From Bacteroidia bacterium (GTDB taxonomy: Bacteria; Bacteroidota; Bacteroidia; UKL13-3), in assembly GCA_025454975.1 (NCBI GenBank), contig JALONK010000003.1, forward strand, positions 838 through 64,837: DNA of 64,000 nt, given 5' to 3'. The notes beneath the pieces are model-generated. The model ran no database searches. It was given only the letters and a program-made list of their open reading frames with translations, and was not told the DNA's origin. Below are positions 30,201 to 40,700 of this stretch, piece by piece; position 1 is the stretch's first letter; each line of letters opens with the position of its first letter. A program made the position numbers and the translations under genes.

Positions 30201-31021
30201 ACGTTACTCCAAACCAAATACAAGTGCAACGTAACGTGGCCGAAGAACTGAATACAAATGCCTCTGATACTTTTGTAATAAATACACGTGGTACACAAAA
30301 TGGAAATTATTGGTTAACCTTTGAGCAAATAGATATGCTACCGGCTAACAAAAATGTTTTCTTGCTTGATTTGTTTAACAACAATTGGATTGATATTAAA
30401 ACAACTAATAGCTATGCGTATTCAATCAACAACACAAATCCTGCTACATTTGGCAATAGATTCCGACTAATAATTACAGATCAATCAAGTGCTTTACCTG
30501 TAAATATTATTGCATTTAAAGCTTATAAAGAAAAAAACATGCACCATGTTGTATGGAAAACTGCAGAAGAGAAAAATATTTCACATTATGAAATACAGCA
30601 ATCAACAGATGGTATCAATTTTAGTTCAATAGGATTAATAAAGGCCAATAACAAAAATATCATTCAACAATATACATTTAAAACAAAAGCTATTGATGGC
30701 AAAGTGTATTATCGCTTATTTGTAGTTGATTTTAATCCTGCCTATAATAAATACAGTAATGTGGTAGTGATAAATGAGGAAACCAATGATGAAAATGATT
30801 TAGTTATTTATCCTAATCCTGCGAATGAAAGCATTACCATACGTTTAAACCATTCTTCAACCAAAAACGAAATTATAACCATAACAGATTTAACCGGAGG
30901 AATAGTTGACGAATTTGTTTGTAGTGATATGCAAGCATCTTATAGTGTAAAGCACCTCAATAAGGGCGTTTATTTGGTAAAAACTTCCTCTGGAGCAATT
31001 TCAAAATTAGTAATTAACTAA
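24221..31021 (+). CDS. Large T9SS type A cargo protein 2 (2,266 aa): duplicated jelly-roll-like domain, tandem Ig-like pair, FN3, PATR repeat, GNPY region
   Basis: ATG 24221 gives signal peptide MNILTYTLNRFIIVVFGILISNVGWG|Q; LTKRGTGSGVLTLEGANTYSGLTTVAEGTL PATR; FNLLGNPYP; ALPV domain; IYPNPAN type A CTD. Confidence 0.85.
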   Translation: MNILTYTLNRFIIVVFGILISNVGWGQLSITSNSANTIDFNSLGSSATATLPSGFRIGTDWSTGTTATTLAYGTSGTGVVTGTSSGGVINWANGVTASSTDRALGFLTTGSFTSPRSIIFAFTNNTGSTVTSIDLSWNYEKFRSGSRAFDWTFFHGSTSTASTAQTSGDQAYAADANNNVISNPPTSTAKSFSITGLSISNGSTYYLRWTYTGNGGSSNAQGLGIDDLSITLVSPVPSIALSSPTIPTSNINGGTTNNIIGAVQLDVTTANATLNAVTFTTSGTYTAADITSTGFKFWLSSSATDISGATRIGSDVAAAGNGSNISISGFTSTITSGTTRFIVLTADLAASPTDGATIGISSTSHTNIGFVSGTKTGTNPVAAGTTRTIANLVPEIALSSPAASSSNITQGISNQEIYRFDLAVTTASATLNSVSITTTGTYAASDLTNFKCWFSTDNTFNAGSDELLSTKSTSLGTGTHAFSSISKTIAASTTGFIFITVDLPFTSTSGNTIAVNAITTSDIGFVTGNKTGTANASGTKTIIDCTPTNVTGLAATSGNTTLNVSWTNPSCFDEIMIVAKPTSTVGAAPSGNGSAYTANLAFGTGGATAFDGTGFVVYKGSTSPQTITGLTNGTTYFIDVFTRKGSTWSSGTEVSATPNLTNATTILWSSSGGSAWLTTGNWTGGAVPTTAQTAQFGSNPTGTTIGINMGGSTNNGTSNQITGAIEITNSRAAALNIGNSSGSTAGTLTLSGVVVNSTENVIVRNNSNQLLTIQANQSSAMTLTLANTTNNVVLINGTGGVTITSVIIGASRNLTKRGTGSGVLTLEGANTYSGLTTVAEGTLRLNRTGGTTIPATNNVTIEGGIFRVSTNQTLNNLTITGGELLVDAGVTLTINGTLSYSAGTITLNGNISYGVSSTVTFLNSSAYTLPAGLFTNSPNNVTLNTSGGITLSANATVTGTLTFTSGVLSTSTHILTANTIDRTSGHVNGNLLRTVSNGNNVFHTGSASVYAPVTLNFSGISGTVNITLAAVLGTPTTGSNISSGNNHYIALSKSGAGTFTSYNAAINLANTTFSGDSALYFVRFYNAASLTWSSVDFYKNSHTYNIINQTAFGEIAFGELSTGYKAIQIIGIEQPYNITIPTTTVGSSSDVAAAFQYSWNGLNENMNINAPTDFQVAYDDGVLSAYNSTFSFTTDPFVTPPPVDLYIRYSPTTAIGTNTSYLTFSSTGAATKSIALVSTSIAAQPTTSATVSFSNQTANGVRILFSGGNGTKKIVVVRAASAVTFTPTDATQYSTGINTNFAVANDLGSGNKIVYNGTETTIDITGLSPGTYHVAVYEYNEGTSNSQNYLATAATGSVTLEAAQYANGASAAALTQNFATLVNTGSSSVLPDGWYTNESGTNANTSYTANDGSTSTGDISSFGTGTATDRALGSIRDANLTPMFGTQLINNTGNTVTSVSLMYVGEQWRLGNTGRSDRLDFQYSTDATSLTTGTWNDVNSLDFSSPITTGSVGALDGNNSANRTTIQGSITGISVSNGSRLWIRWVDDDATGNDDALAIDEVEFRMFNTTVTGGSVSSGTFDNINITSNATLSGNVTVTGALFTGTSEIVIGANILTLNGDISGTPTFEGGSGAQLIIGGTGTVGTLQFDQSTPGTTNRINQFTVNRSSATVTLGNTLQIAPNGTVTPTAGTLNANGNLVLVSSSSGTARIAEIQSGADITGNVTVQRFVQGGTGLRGWRLIAAPTTGFGLSQLIDNIFVTGPGGTTNGFDAATTTSSVLNYQESTTGGRGWKSISNISTSFSPGAGLFVFYRGDRTQTASLTVPSTVPNSTVLDFNGTINKGTFGITPVNLSYTNTGSASADGFNLLGNPYPCEINYGSINKTSGVSTTFWTWNPTTGNYVNLAASNDIAIGQGFFVQVNGTSETVTFEESDKRTTTPTAYFKTNEEPFTIKMFIDSVRYDVAWLSFKTAANNDYVFNEDAVKMQNSIFNIAYVTPNQIQVQRNVAEELNTNASDTFVINTRGTQNGNYWLTFEQIDMLPANKNVFLLDLFNNNWIDIKTTNSYAYSINNTNPATFGNRFRLIITDQSSALPVNIIAFKAYKEKNMHHVVWKTAEEKNISHYEIQQSTDGINFSSIGLIKANNKNIIQQYTFKTKAIDGKVYYRLFVVDFNPAYNKYSNVVVINEETNDENDLVIYPNPANESITIRLNHSSTKNEIITITDLTGGIVDEFVCSDMQASYSVKHLNKGVYLVKTSSGAISKLVIN
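29125..31021 (+). repeat. Shared C-terminal cassette, copy 2
   Basis: Collinear with 22140-24026 from the IIGG..L.FDQ motif to the CTD. Confidence 0.95.
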
Positions 31022-31042
31022 AAAGATATTGGTTTCATAAAT

Positions 31043-31080
31043 AAAAGGGTAACTTGTTCGGTTACCCTTTTTTATTTTTT
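31043..31080 (+). terminator. Intrinsic terminator after cargo 2 (possibly bidirectional)
   Basis: AAAAGGGTAAC-TTGTTCG-GTTACCCTTTT followed by a T-rich tail. Confidence 0.9.
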
Positions 31081-31703
31081 ATTAATAGCAGTAAATGAAT
31101 TCTTGAATAAAATCAAAAATAATTTTCATCCTGCATAAATAAAATTAAACATCAATTGTATTTGCCTTTATTATAGTTTATTGTTTAACTAATCATTATA
31201 GGATTGAAAACTGATCAATCTTATTGTAACAGGCTAATCAGCTTTAAAACTCCATTGATATACTTGTTTTAACAAACCCTAAGATATATAATCTAAGAAA
31301 TTCCAAAGAAGAATACGAAAACAGTATAACCATATCAAACCAATCTAACCAATTTACGCCTGTAAAGAATAACAAAAATTAAAATTAAACTGACCTGTTT
31401 TTGTTTTCAAATCTTATCAAACATTCTTATCTATCAAAAGTACCCTATGTTACAAACTTTTTATACTGTATTGATTTTGAAATTAATTAATCATAATAAA
31501 ATAAGAAAGCACATGAAAATTAATACATGATTTAGAACATCGTGTTTATTGGTTTTATAAAACATTTCAAAGGTTTACGAGTACTAAAAAAAAATCAGGC
31601 AAAATGAAATTAGTTAATATGATGGAATGAGGTGTTAGCATAACATTTTAACTTGGTATAATAAGAATCGTTAACCATCAATAGAGAATCAATAGAGTTG
31701 AGT

Positions 31704-31740
31704 AAATAAAAATGGCTGCCTGATAAATCAAGCAGCCATT
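31704..31740 (-). terminator. Intrinsic terminator of the giant gene
   Basis: AATGGCTGC...GCAGCCATT stem (31711-31740) with an A-rich run to its left, i.e. a U tail on the minus strand, 20 bp past the stop. Confidence 0.88.
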
Positions 31741-31760
31741 AAATTGATAAGAATAATCAA

Positions 31761-34700
31761 TTAATCATTCTTTAGAACCCGTTTCACTATTTGTTGATTA
31801 TCATGTTGTATAATTAACATATACATACCATCAGCTAATCCGCTTAAATCGAGTTGATCTAATACTGAATTACCTGATGCATATGATATCAGCATCACTT
31901 GTTTTCCGAATGCATCAATTAAGGTAAGTTGTGTTGCACCAGCAGAGGTAAAGTCGAGTTCAACATTTAACATTCCATTTGTAGGATTCGGATATACTTT
32001 CACATCCCCAAATTGTTGAATTGAACTTATACCAATATTAGTTACATTAAATGAATCAGAAATATTTGTACATCCAAAGCTATCAACCATTACTTGATAC
32101 CAACCGTTGTTAGTTATTCGAACTGTACGTTGCGTAGCACCTTGAAGGATAGTTCCATTTCTATACCATTGGTATGAATTTGCAACAGCACTTGTGCTCA
32201 GGCTATCAATATTTCTTGTAATTGTAGGCTTATTCGGATTACGTTTTACTTCAACTAGTGGTGCAGTGGCAGTATCACGAGTACGAGTTACACATCCAAC
32301 CGACGAAGTAAGTACACAACGAATAATATCACCTGCTCCCAAATTTGTTACCAATAATGTTGTACCGGTATCCGATAAAAGTAATCCATTTCTCAACCAT
32401 TGGTAGCGTGGTGTTAAACCTCCATTTTGAGTTGCTGTTGTATATGAAACACTACTTCCTGAACAGATACTTCCTTCTGATGCAAAAATTGAAACAGAAG
32501 GTGTAACAGGATTACTAATGGTAACACCAACTTTTTCAGATGTTGCTGTTGGTCGTGTTTTACATAAAGCATTACTTGTTAAAACTACCCAAACGCTATC
32601 ACCATTGTTCAGAACAGAAGTAATGAATGTATCGTTATTAAACCCAACATCAATACCATTTCGCTTCCATTGAAAAGTTGGAGCCAAACCACCACCGGTA
32701 AATTGTGCCGAGAAAGTGACTTGTGCTCCTGAACAAACAGAAGTTGAGGATGCGGTTACATTAACCGACGGATTAACTGTGGTATTAACATTTACTTTTA
32801 CAACATTAGAAATTAAATTTTGTTGGGTGGCACAAGCATCGTTCACTTGAACCTCCAACCAAACACTGTCATCTAAATGAAGCATATTGGTAATATATGT
32901 ATTTGTATTATTGCCAACATCAAATCCATTTAGCTTCCAACGATAGGTAGCTGCATTACCACCTTGTATTAATGTACCTGTAAAAATAACACTATCACCG
33001 GAACAAATACTGCTCTTATTGGCTGTAACAGTAATTGAAGGATTTAATACAGGTCGAACATTAACTCTTATTCTGTTTGAACTTACTACAGCTGGATTCG
33101 CACAAACAGCATTCGATGTTAAAGTTACCCAAATACTATCTTGTGAAGTTAAATTTGTGAATTGTTGTGATGTGTTATTTCCTCCAAACAGCGAACCATT
33201 TCTGCGCCACTCTAATTGTGGATTGTTACCACCATTTTGCAGGTTAGCTGTAATAGTTACAAGGTTTCCGGCACAAATAGTATCAGAAGAACTACTTAAA
33301 CTAACACTAGGTGTAAGAATTGGATTAACTAAAATTCGTTTGTTATTGGAAACTGCAGTTGGTGTACTTGAACATGATGAAGAACTTGTAACAACAACCC
33401 TAATTGTATCTAATGTACTAGGTGTATAGCTAAATGTTGCACTGTTTGTACCAACATTAGTACCGTTTCGTAACCATTGGTAAGAAGGAGTAGTTCCGGC
33501 ATTTGTTGCAACAGCCGTAAAGGTTATCGAAGTTCCGGCACAAACAGTGTCGGCAGTTGAACTAATTGTAACTGATGGAGAAGTTATAGGTGCAACATTC
33601 ATTATAATTCGGTTCGACAACAATACAGAAGGTGTTGCGCACAAAGTATCTGTTTGTACCCTTAATTGAATACTATCACCTTGCTGTAAAGAAGAACTAC
33701 TAAATGTAGATAAACTGCTAACTGAAACTCCATTCAACAACCACTGATAAGTTGCATTCACACCTGCATTTGTTACATTAGATGTGAAACTAACCGCGGT
33801 TCCAACACAAACAGACGGAGTTAATGTATTAATAGTTGCACTGGTATTTACAACCGGACGAACAGTGACTCCTATTTTATTTGACACCACGGTTTGAGGA
33901 ACTGCACATAATGCATTACTAAGCAATTGCACACTAACGGAATCGCTATTATTCAGATTTGACAAAATGATACTGTCGTTATTATTACCTACCACTGTGC
34001 TGTTTATCCTCCATTGATAAATAGGATTTGTACCTCCATTTATTGAGTTAGCGACAAATAATAATGGAGTATTGGCACATATAGATGTGGAAGCAGTTTG
34101 TATCACAACCGACGGCACCTGAACTGGATTTACCGTTAAAACATGAATAGCAGAAGTATCGGTAGCAGGGCTGGCACAGCCCAACGAACTAATTAAAACA
34201 ACTCGAACTGAATCATTATTAACAGGTGTACTATTCACATAAGATGCAGAATCGCCGCCTACCAATACACCGTTTTTAAACCAACGGTATTGAGGCGAAC
34301 TTCCTCCGTTACTTTGAGTAGCAGTATATGTAACTACATTACCTGCACATACTGCATTAGCGGATGCGCTTATATTAACATCAGGTGCAACTGTTGTCCC
34401 TACATTCATTTTGATTGCATTTGATACAACAATTGATGGAATAGCACACGTTGCAGATGAAGATAAAATAACAACTATCGAATCATTATTTGCCAAAGTT
34501 GAAGATATCAATGTATCACCATTAAAAGGTAAGGTAATTCCATTTCTTCGCCATTGAATTACAGGTGTTGTGCCTCCTCCCGTATAGCTTGCAATCAAAG
34601 TTACAGGCTGTCCTGTACAAATATTTGTTTGAGAAGCTGAAAGAGAAATGGTTGGAGTTACCGTTGGATTGGTGGTAATTACTCGATATGTGGTATCATT

Positions 34701-37700
34701 ACTGAAGATAGTATCATTTCCTGAATTAGGTAAACTTGAATATACAGCTAATTGATAACTACCACCCGGGAACGAATAACTACCTGCATTTATTTGTGAA
34801 CTAACTGCACCAGGTTGTAAATTGCCGTTCCATGTAACTGACCCAGCAAATACACCATCGATGGCCACATTTATATTAGCAGAATTTACTACTTGGTTGC
34901 CATAATTCCTTAACCTAACTACCACGTTCCTATTCCCTCCGCAGAAAATGGTAGTTTGTGGCGAATCAATTGAGCTTATACCCACATCTAATAAACCAAA
35001 ATATTCGTCAGCTCCAATATCTGGTGGTGTAGCTCTTAACTGGCCTTGTATATCAGTTGTAATACCCAAAGTTGGGTCACCTTTTTGGGTTGAAGCATTT
35101 AAAAATAAATTACGTGATGAAGTAAAACCGGTGGTTGTATTAAAACCGTTTGCATTATATCCACCACCATTTATATAGTTTGCATTGGTATAATTAACAG
35201 CGTTTACATTTAATAAATTTATTGAAGCACTGTTATTGTAGTTATTGTAATTAATTACAGTTTGAACAGTTGAAGAAAATAGTGGTAAACCGCTTCCTGT
35301 TGCTGCAGAGTAAGCCAATATATTATTTGCTATTCGTGAATTACCTGAGGATAAAAATGCCATAGCAGAAGATTGATTGCTAGTGGTTGCAAAGTCAAGA
35401 TTAACCGAGTTATGATACACATTCCAATTCGTAGAACTTTGCATAAATAAACCTGATGCATTTGATGCACGGAATCCACCGCCTAACATATTATTATAAA
35501 ATTGATTAGTTGCCGATACTGATCCGGAGCTAATAAATATGTAAGCCCCGTATTGTCCGGCATTAATAATTTGATTGGCATTAATTTGATGAAAGACCCC
35601 GGTATTATTGAAGCATGCAAACAGATAAATACCTGCAGATACTGTATTACCCACAACACGCATATTTATTCTGTTTCCAATCACACGTAAACCTGATGCA
35701 TATTGAATATATAATCCATAATAGAAGGTACTATCAAAATTGTTATTTCTAAACATGTTATTGTTCGAATAAGGCGTTGATGAACTTCTTCCATTAAATA
35801 CTACGCCATAATAACCACTAAAAATTTGATTACTGTCAATCTCACAATTATTTACAAATGCGCCTGTTCCACCAAATGCACTGTTTACATCAGTACTGCT
35901 GCCAATCCAAACACCAATATAGCCTGTATTTGAAGAAGTAGCACCGGTACCAGAGATTCGTATATTACATTGTTTGATGTGAATTTGATTACCTGATCCT
36001 AATATATGAACAGGAGCTCCAAAATTAGCGCCTGTTGATTGGATGGTAATATTTCTTATTCTTACAAACGATGCATTATTTAAACGTAAAGTGTGTGCAG
36101 CATTTATATTATTTGGTGCAAACGTAAGTATTGTAGAATTTAAACTTGTCCCAATAAAACTAACAGTATTAGTATCGTTGGCACCTGTAATAGTTCCGAT
36201 ATTTATTTGTTCGGTATAAGTACCAGGTGACACACTAAAGGTTACATCGTCAGCAATACCTCCGCAGTTAAGCGCTTGAATAGCTGAAGCAAATGAAACA
36301 TAGTTTGTTGCTCCGCTTCCGGCCGGATTGATGGTATAGTTACCACTTAAGGCAGAACATATCGGACCAACAGTAACCGTATCATCAATATTGTTAGCAT
36401 CCGGAACTCCATTTGGTAGCGAACTATAAGCCCTGATTGTGTAAGCAACACCTGTTTGGAAATTAAATGCATTTGTACCATTAAATACTACCAACATGGT
36501 ATCACATGGCTGTATAGTATCCGTAACCTGCAAAGTAACCGGAGTTCCTCCATTCACCTGATATGAAACGTTAGCTTGGCTAACAGCATTATTACCTAAG
36601 TTAGCTAAAATTACTGATATAGGTTGAATGCCTGAAATCAATGGCGAAGTTGGTTGTAAAATAGTAGTAACACCAATATTATTATTAAATCCGGTAATCA
36701 CTTCATCTGCACCAACATCAGGAGGTGATGTACGAGTTTGTCCATCAATGTCCGTTGTAATTGATGCAATAGTAATTCCATTATTACAACCATTACCAAC
36801 ATGTAAATCGGTACGGGAAGCAAATAAAGGATCCCTGCTAAAAGAATTTAGATTAACACCATTGGCTCCAATAAAATTATTGACTCCAAATAATGATCCA
36901 TTAAATACCAATGCATTTTGAGCACCATTTTTATAGTAGTTATTATAATCTAATGCTGATGTGTTACCCGTAGTTGCAGCAAAAAATGGAATACCGTTAG
37001 AATTGGCATTTGATACAGCAAAAATGTTATTACGTACATTTAAATTATTTGAACCGGTTGCATGAAATGCTCCAAACTGTGCATTTGAAATAGTATCACA
37101 ATGAATACTATTAAACCAGATATTCCAACTTGACGACGATTCGGAAAAAATTCCTGCGTGTTGTGTGGTATTTCTAAAACCGCCTCCAATAAAGTTATTA
37201 GCAATTAATGAAGGTGTGATAAACGAACCGCTGGATACAAAAAGATGTATACCATATTGACCCATATTAGAAATCCTGTTACCTGTAATTTCATGAATAC
37301 TGTTATTAGATGTTCCTAAAACAAAGAGGTAGGCTCCTACACTATTTACATCCCCTGTTGGCGACATATTAATTGTGTTGTTTCTAAACTTCAACTCATT
37401 TGCATTATACAAATACAAGCCATAATAAATAGGTTGATTAAAGGTATTTCGATTAAAGTTATTAGCTAAACTTTGCTGGTTGTAACTAAACACCGAAGCG
37501 TAACCTCCGTTAATTTGATTAGAATCTAAGGTTATACTATCAACCCTAATGGTAGTGAACAAACTGTTTAAAGAACCACTCACAACAACATTTACATAAT
37601 TATTATTATTTGCGGTAGCACCTATGCCTGTTATTTCGATAACATTATTACTCAAGGTAATATTTCTACTTCCGTTAAAAATATGTACCGGCCATGCAAA

Positions 37701-40700
37701 AGTTGCTCCCGAATTTCTAATAGTTAAATTACGTAAGGTTACATATTGAGCATTATGAAACCTTACAGTTTGTCGTGCATTGGTAGTTGTTGCACCAAAA
37801 GTTAAAATTGCAGTTGAAGCATTAATACCATCAAATGTAATTCTATTGGTGAATGATGCTCCCGCAATTGCAGGAATAACTAATTGTTCGGTATAAGTAC
37901 CGGCTGCCACATTAAAATTCACCGGACCCGAAACGCCGGCGCACTGCAATGCACTAATAGCGGCTTGAAATGAGGTATAGTTTGTTGCTCCGGTACCTGT
38001 TGGATTAATAGTATAAGTCCCTTGCATAGCAATACATAAAGCCGGAGTTGTAAATGTATCATTGATATTATTTATATCAACACTATCATTCGGTAAAGTG
38101 GTAAATACTTGAATGGTATAATTGACACCTGATAAGAAGTTAAATTGATTTGTACCGGTGAAGGTAACAATTGCAGTATCACAAGGAGCAATGGTATCAT
38201 TAAAGACTAAACTAACCGGAGCTCCACCATTAACCCTATAATTAACCGTGCCTTTATAAATGATGTTAGTGCCAAAGTTTTTAACTATAACTCTAATATC
38301 TTTTAAACCTGCTATAAGCGGAAGTGTAGGCTCTAATAAAGTAAGGATACCTATATCATTATTAGCATCTGTAACCTCATCAGCTCCTATATCTCCGAAA
38401 ATTCCTCTTGGTTGACCATCAATATCAGTAAGCACTCCTAATGAATCTCCATTAAAACATCCATCAATTGTGCGAAGATTTAAAGCACTTCTAAATCCTG
38501 GCTCACGATTAAATGAATTTAAGTTGTATCCTCCTCCTCCGATATAATTAACAGGAGTATAGAAGGTGCTCACAAAAATTAAATTATCATTATTGGCGAT
38601 GCCTGTTTTAAAATAATTATTAAAATTTAGACCTCCTGTAGCTAGGTTAGTTGTGTTTGAATAAAAAGCCAAGCCTTGCCCACCGGTAGCTGTATATGCA
38701 AGATGATTGTTTCTTACACGAACATTAGCTGTTGAACCTGCTAAATACAAGGATGAATAAATTGTTGAACTTGTAGCGAAATCAAGATTTACAGAGTTGT
38801 GATAAATATTCCAATTAGAGCTGTTTACCAAATAAATTCCATTGGCAAAAGATGATTGAAATCCACCACCAATCATATTATTATACAACTTTGCAGGATT
38901 CGTTGCATTCCCATTTACTCCGCTTAAAAAGATACCATTGGTTCCCGGATTAGTAATTATATTACCATCAATCTCAAACAAAGCTTGAGCAATATATGGA
39001 GCACTATTAGATATTGAAATTGCCTGGCTATTCGGACTTACACCTGCGCCTCTCAAATTCATTACATTTCTGTTTAGTTGAAAACCTTCAATCGAATTCA
39101 TATAAACACCATAATAAAAGGCGTTTTCCATATTATTAAATCGAACAAGAATTGCTGTATCATTTGTTGTTGTATTACCCCAAACAGAAACTGCGTAATA
39201 GCCATTCCTGAATTGATTAGAATCAATAACAAAATCCGAAAAACTACCCGAACTCGTTACAGTTGTATTTGATGCCGAAGCTACAAATCCCGCAAATCCG
39301 GTTGATGTACTTGAAGGAGCAACTGTTCCTGCATTATCTATAATACAATTTTTCACCGTGATGAATCTAGATGTAGATAAAGCATGAATAGCCCATCCAA
39401 AATTTACACCTGTAGTTCGAATGGTTAAATTATTTAAGATGTAAAACTGAGACGAATCAATCCTGATGGTGTGTCGCGCTGTTGTAGAAGTGGCATTAAA
39501 ACTTAGAATTCTTGTTGAAGCATTACCCGCACCTCCGTTAAAGGTAATAGTATTAATTGCTGAGGCACCTGATATGCTTGGTAATTGTATTTGTTCATTA
39601 TAAGTACCGGCAGCAACATTAAATTCAACAGGACCGGTAATACCTGCACAACGCATAGCATCAATTGCTTCTGTAAAACTAACAAAATTAGTAACCCCTG
39701 TTCCACTTGCATTGATAGTATAAGTTCCATTTAAAGGTCCACATAAGGAAACTCTTAAAGTATCATTTGCCCTATTATTATCAACTCCTCCATTCGGATT
39801 TGAAGTGAATACGCTTATTAGTGAACGACCGGAAGGGAAGTTAAATGGAGTCGTAAAATTTAATGTGGTTGTGCTGCAAGGCTGTAACGTTAATCCGGTA
39901 AATGTTTGTGTTACGTTTCCTGCTCCATTAATGTTGTAAGTTAAGGTAATGGCATTTATTACATTACCACCAAAATTACGAACTGAGATAGCAACTGTTT
40001 GACTACCGGCATTAATTGGTTGTAATGGAGATACAACACCAATAACTCCTGCATCCAAAGTAGCTGCTTCGTCTGCACCAATATCAGGAGGGTTGTTTCT
40101 AACTTGACCATCAATATCGGTTGTAACTGTAGGAATAAATATACCTTTAAAACAACCACCGGCACGTAAGTTTAAATTATTTATGAAACCGGGATTCACA
40201 TTCATTGAATTCGCATTATAACCACCGCCGTTAATGTAGTTTGATGTATTATAAACGGTTGAACCAGCAAACAACAAGCTTGTAGATGATGCATTGAAAT
40301 AGTTATTATAGTTTAATGCTGTTAAGGTTTGATCAGAATAGAATGGCAAACCTGTACCTGAAGTTGCACTATAAATTAAATGATTATTCCTTACATCATT
40401 ATTAGACGAGATAAAGCTAATATGTAAAGCCGCATTTTGATTTGAAGTAGTTGCTCTATCTAAATTTATTGTGTTATGCCAAACATCCCAAAATGTAGCA
40501 ATCTGCATAAATACTCCAAAAGAAGCATTGTTTTGAAACCCTCCTCCTATCATATTATTAACAAAACGTCCGCGAGCAGTTGTTGAATTTTGAGCGGATG
40601 AAATAAACGCTCCATATCTGCCACTTTGAATAATGCGGTTCCCTTCTACAATGTGTCGTTGTCCTGTATTGTTTATAGCATTTTGTAAATTATAGCCTAT

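Noticed and set aside
31244-31333. 29-aa minus-strand ORF (MVILFSYSSLEFLRLYILGFVKTSISMEF) in the inter-terminator gap
   Set aside because: Short, and its hydrophobicity follows from the T-rich strand. There is no supporting signal beyond chance.
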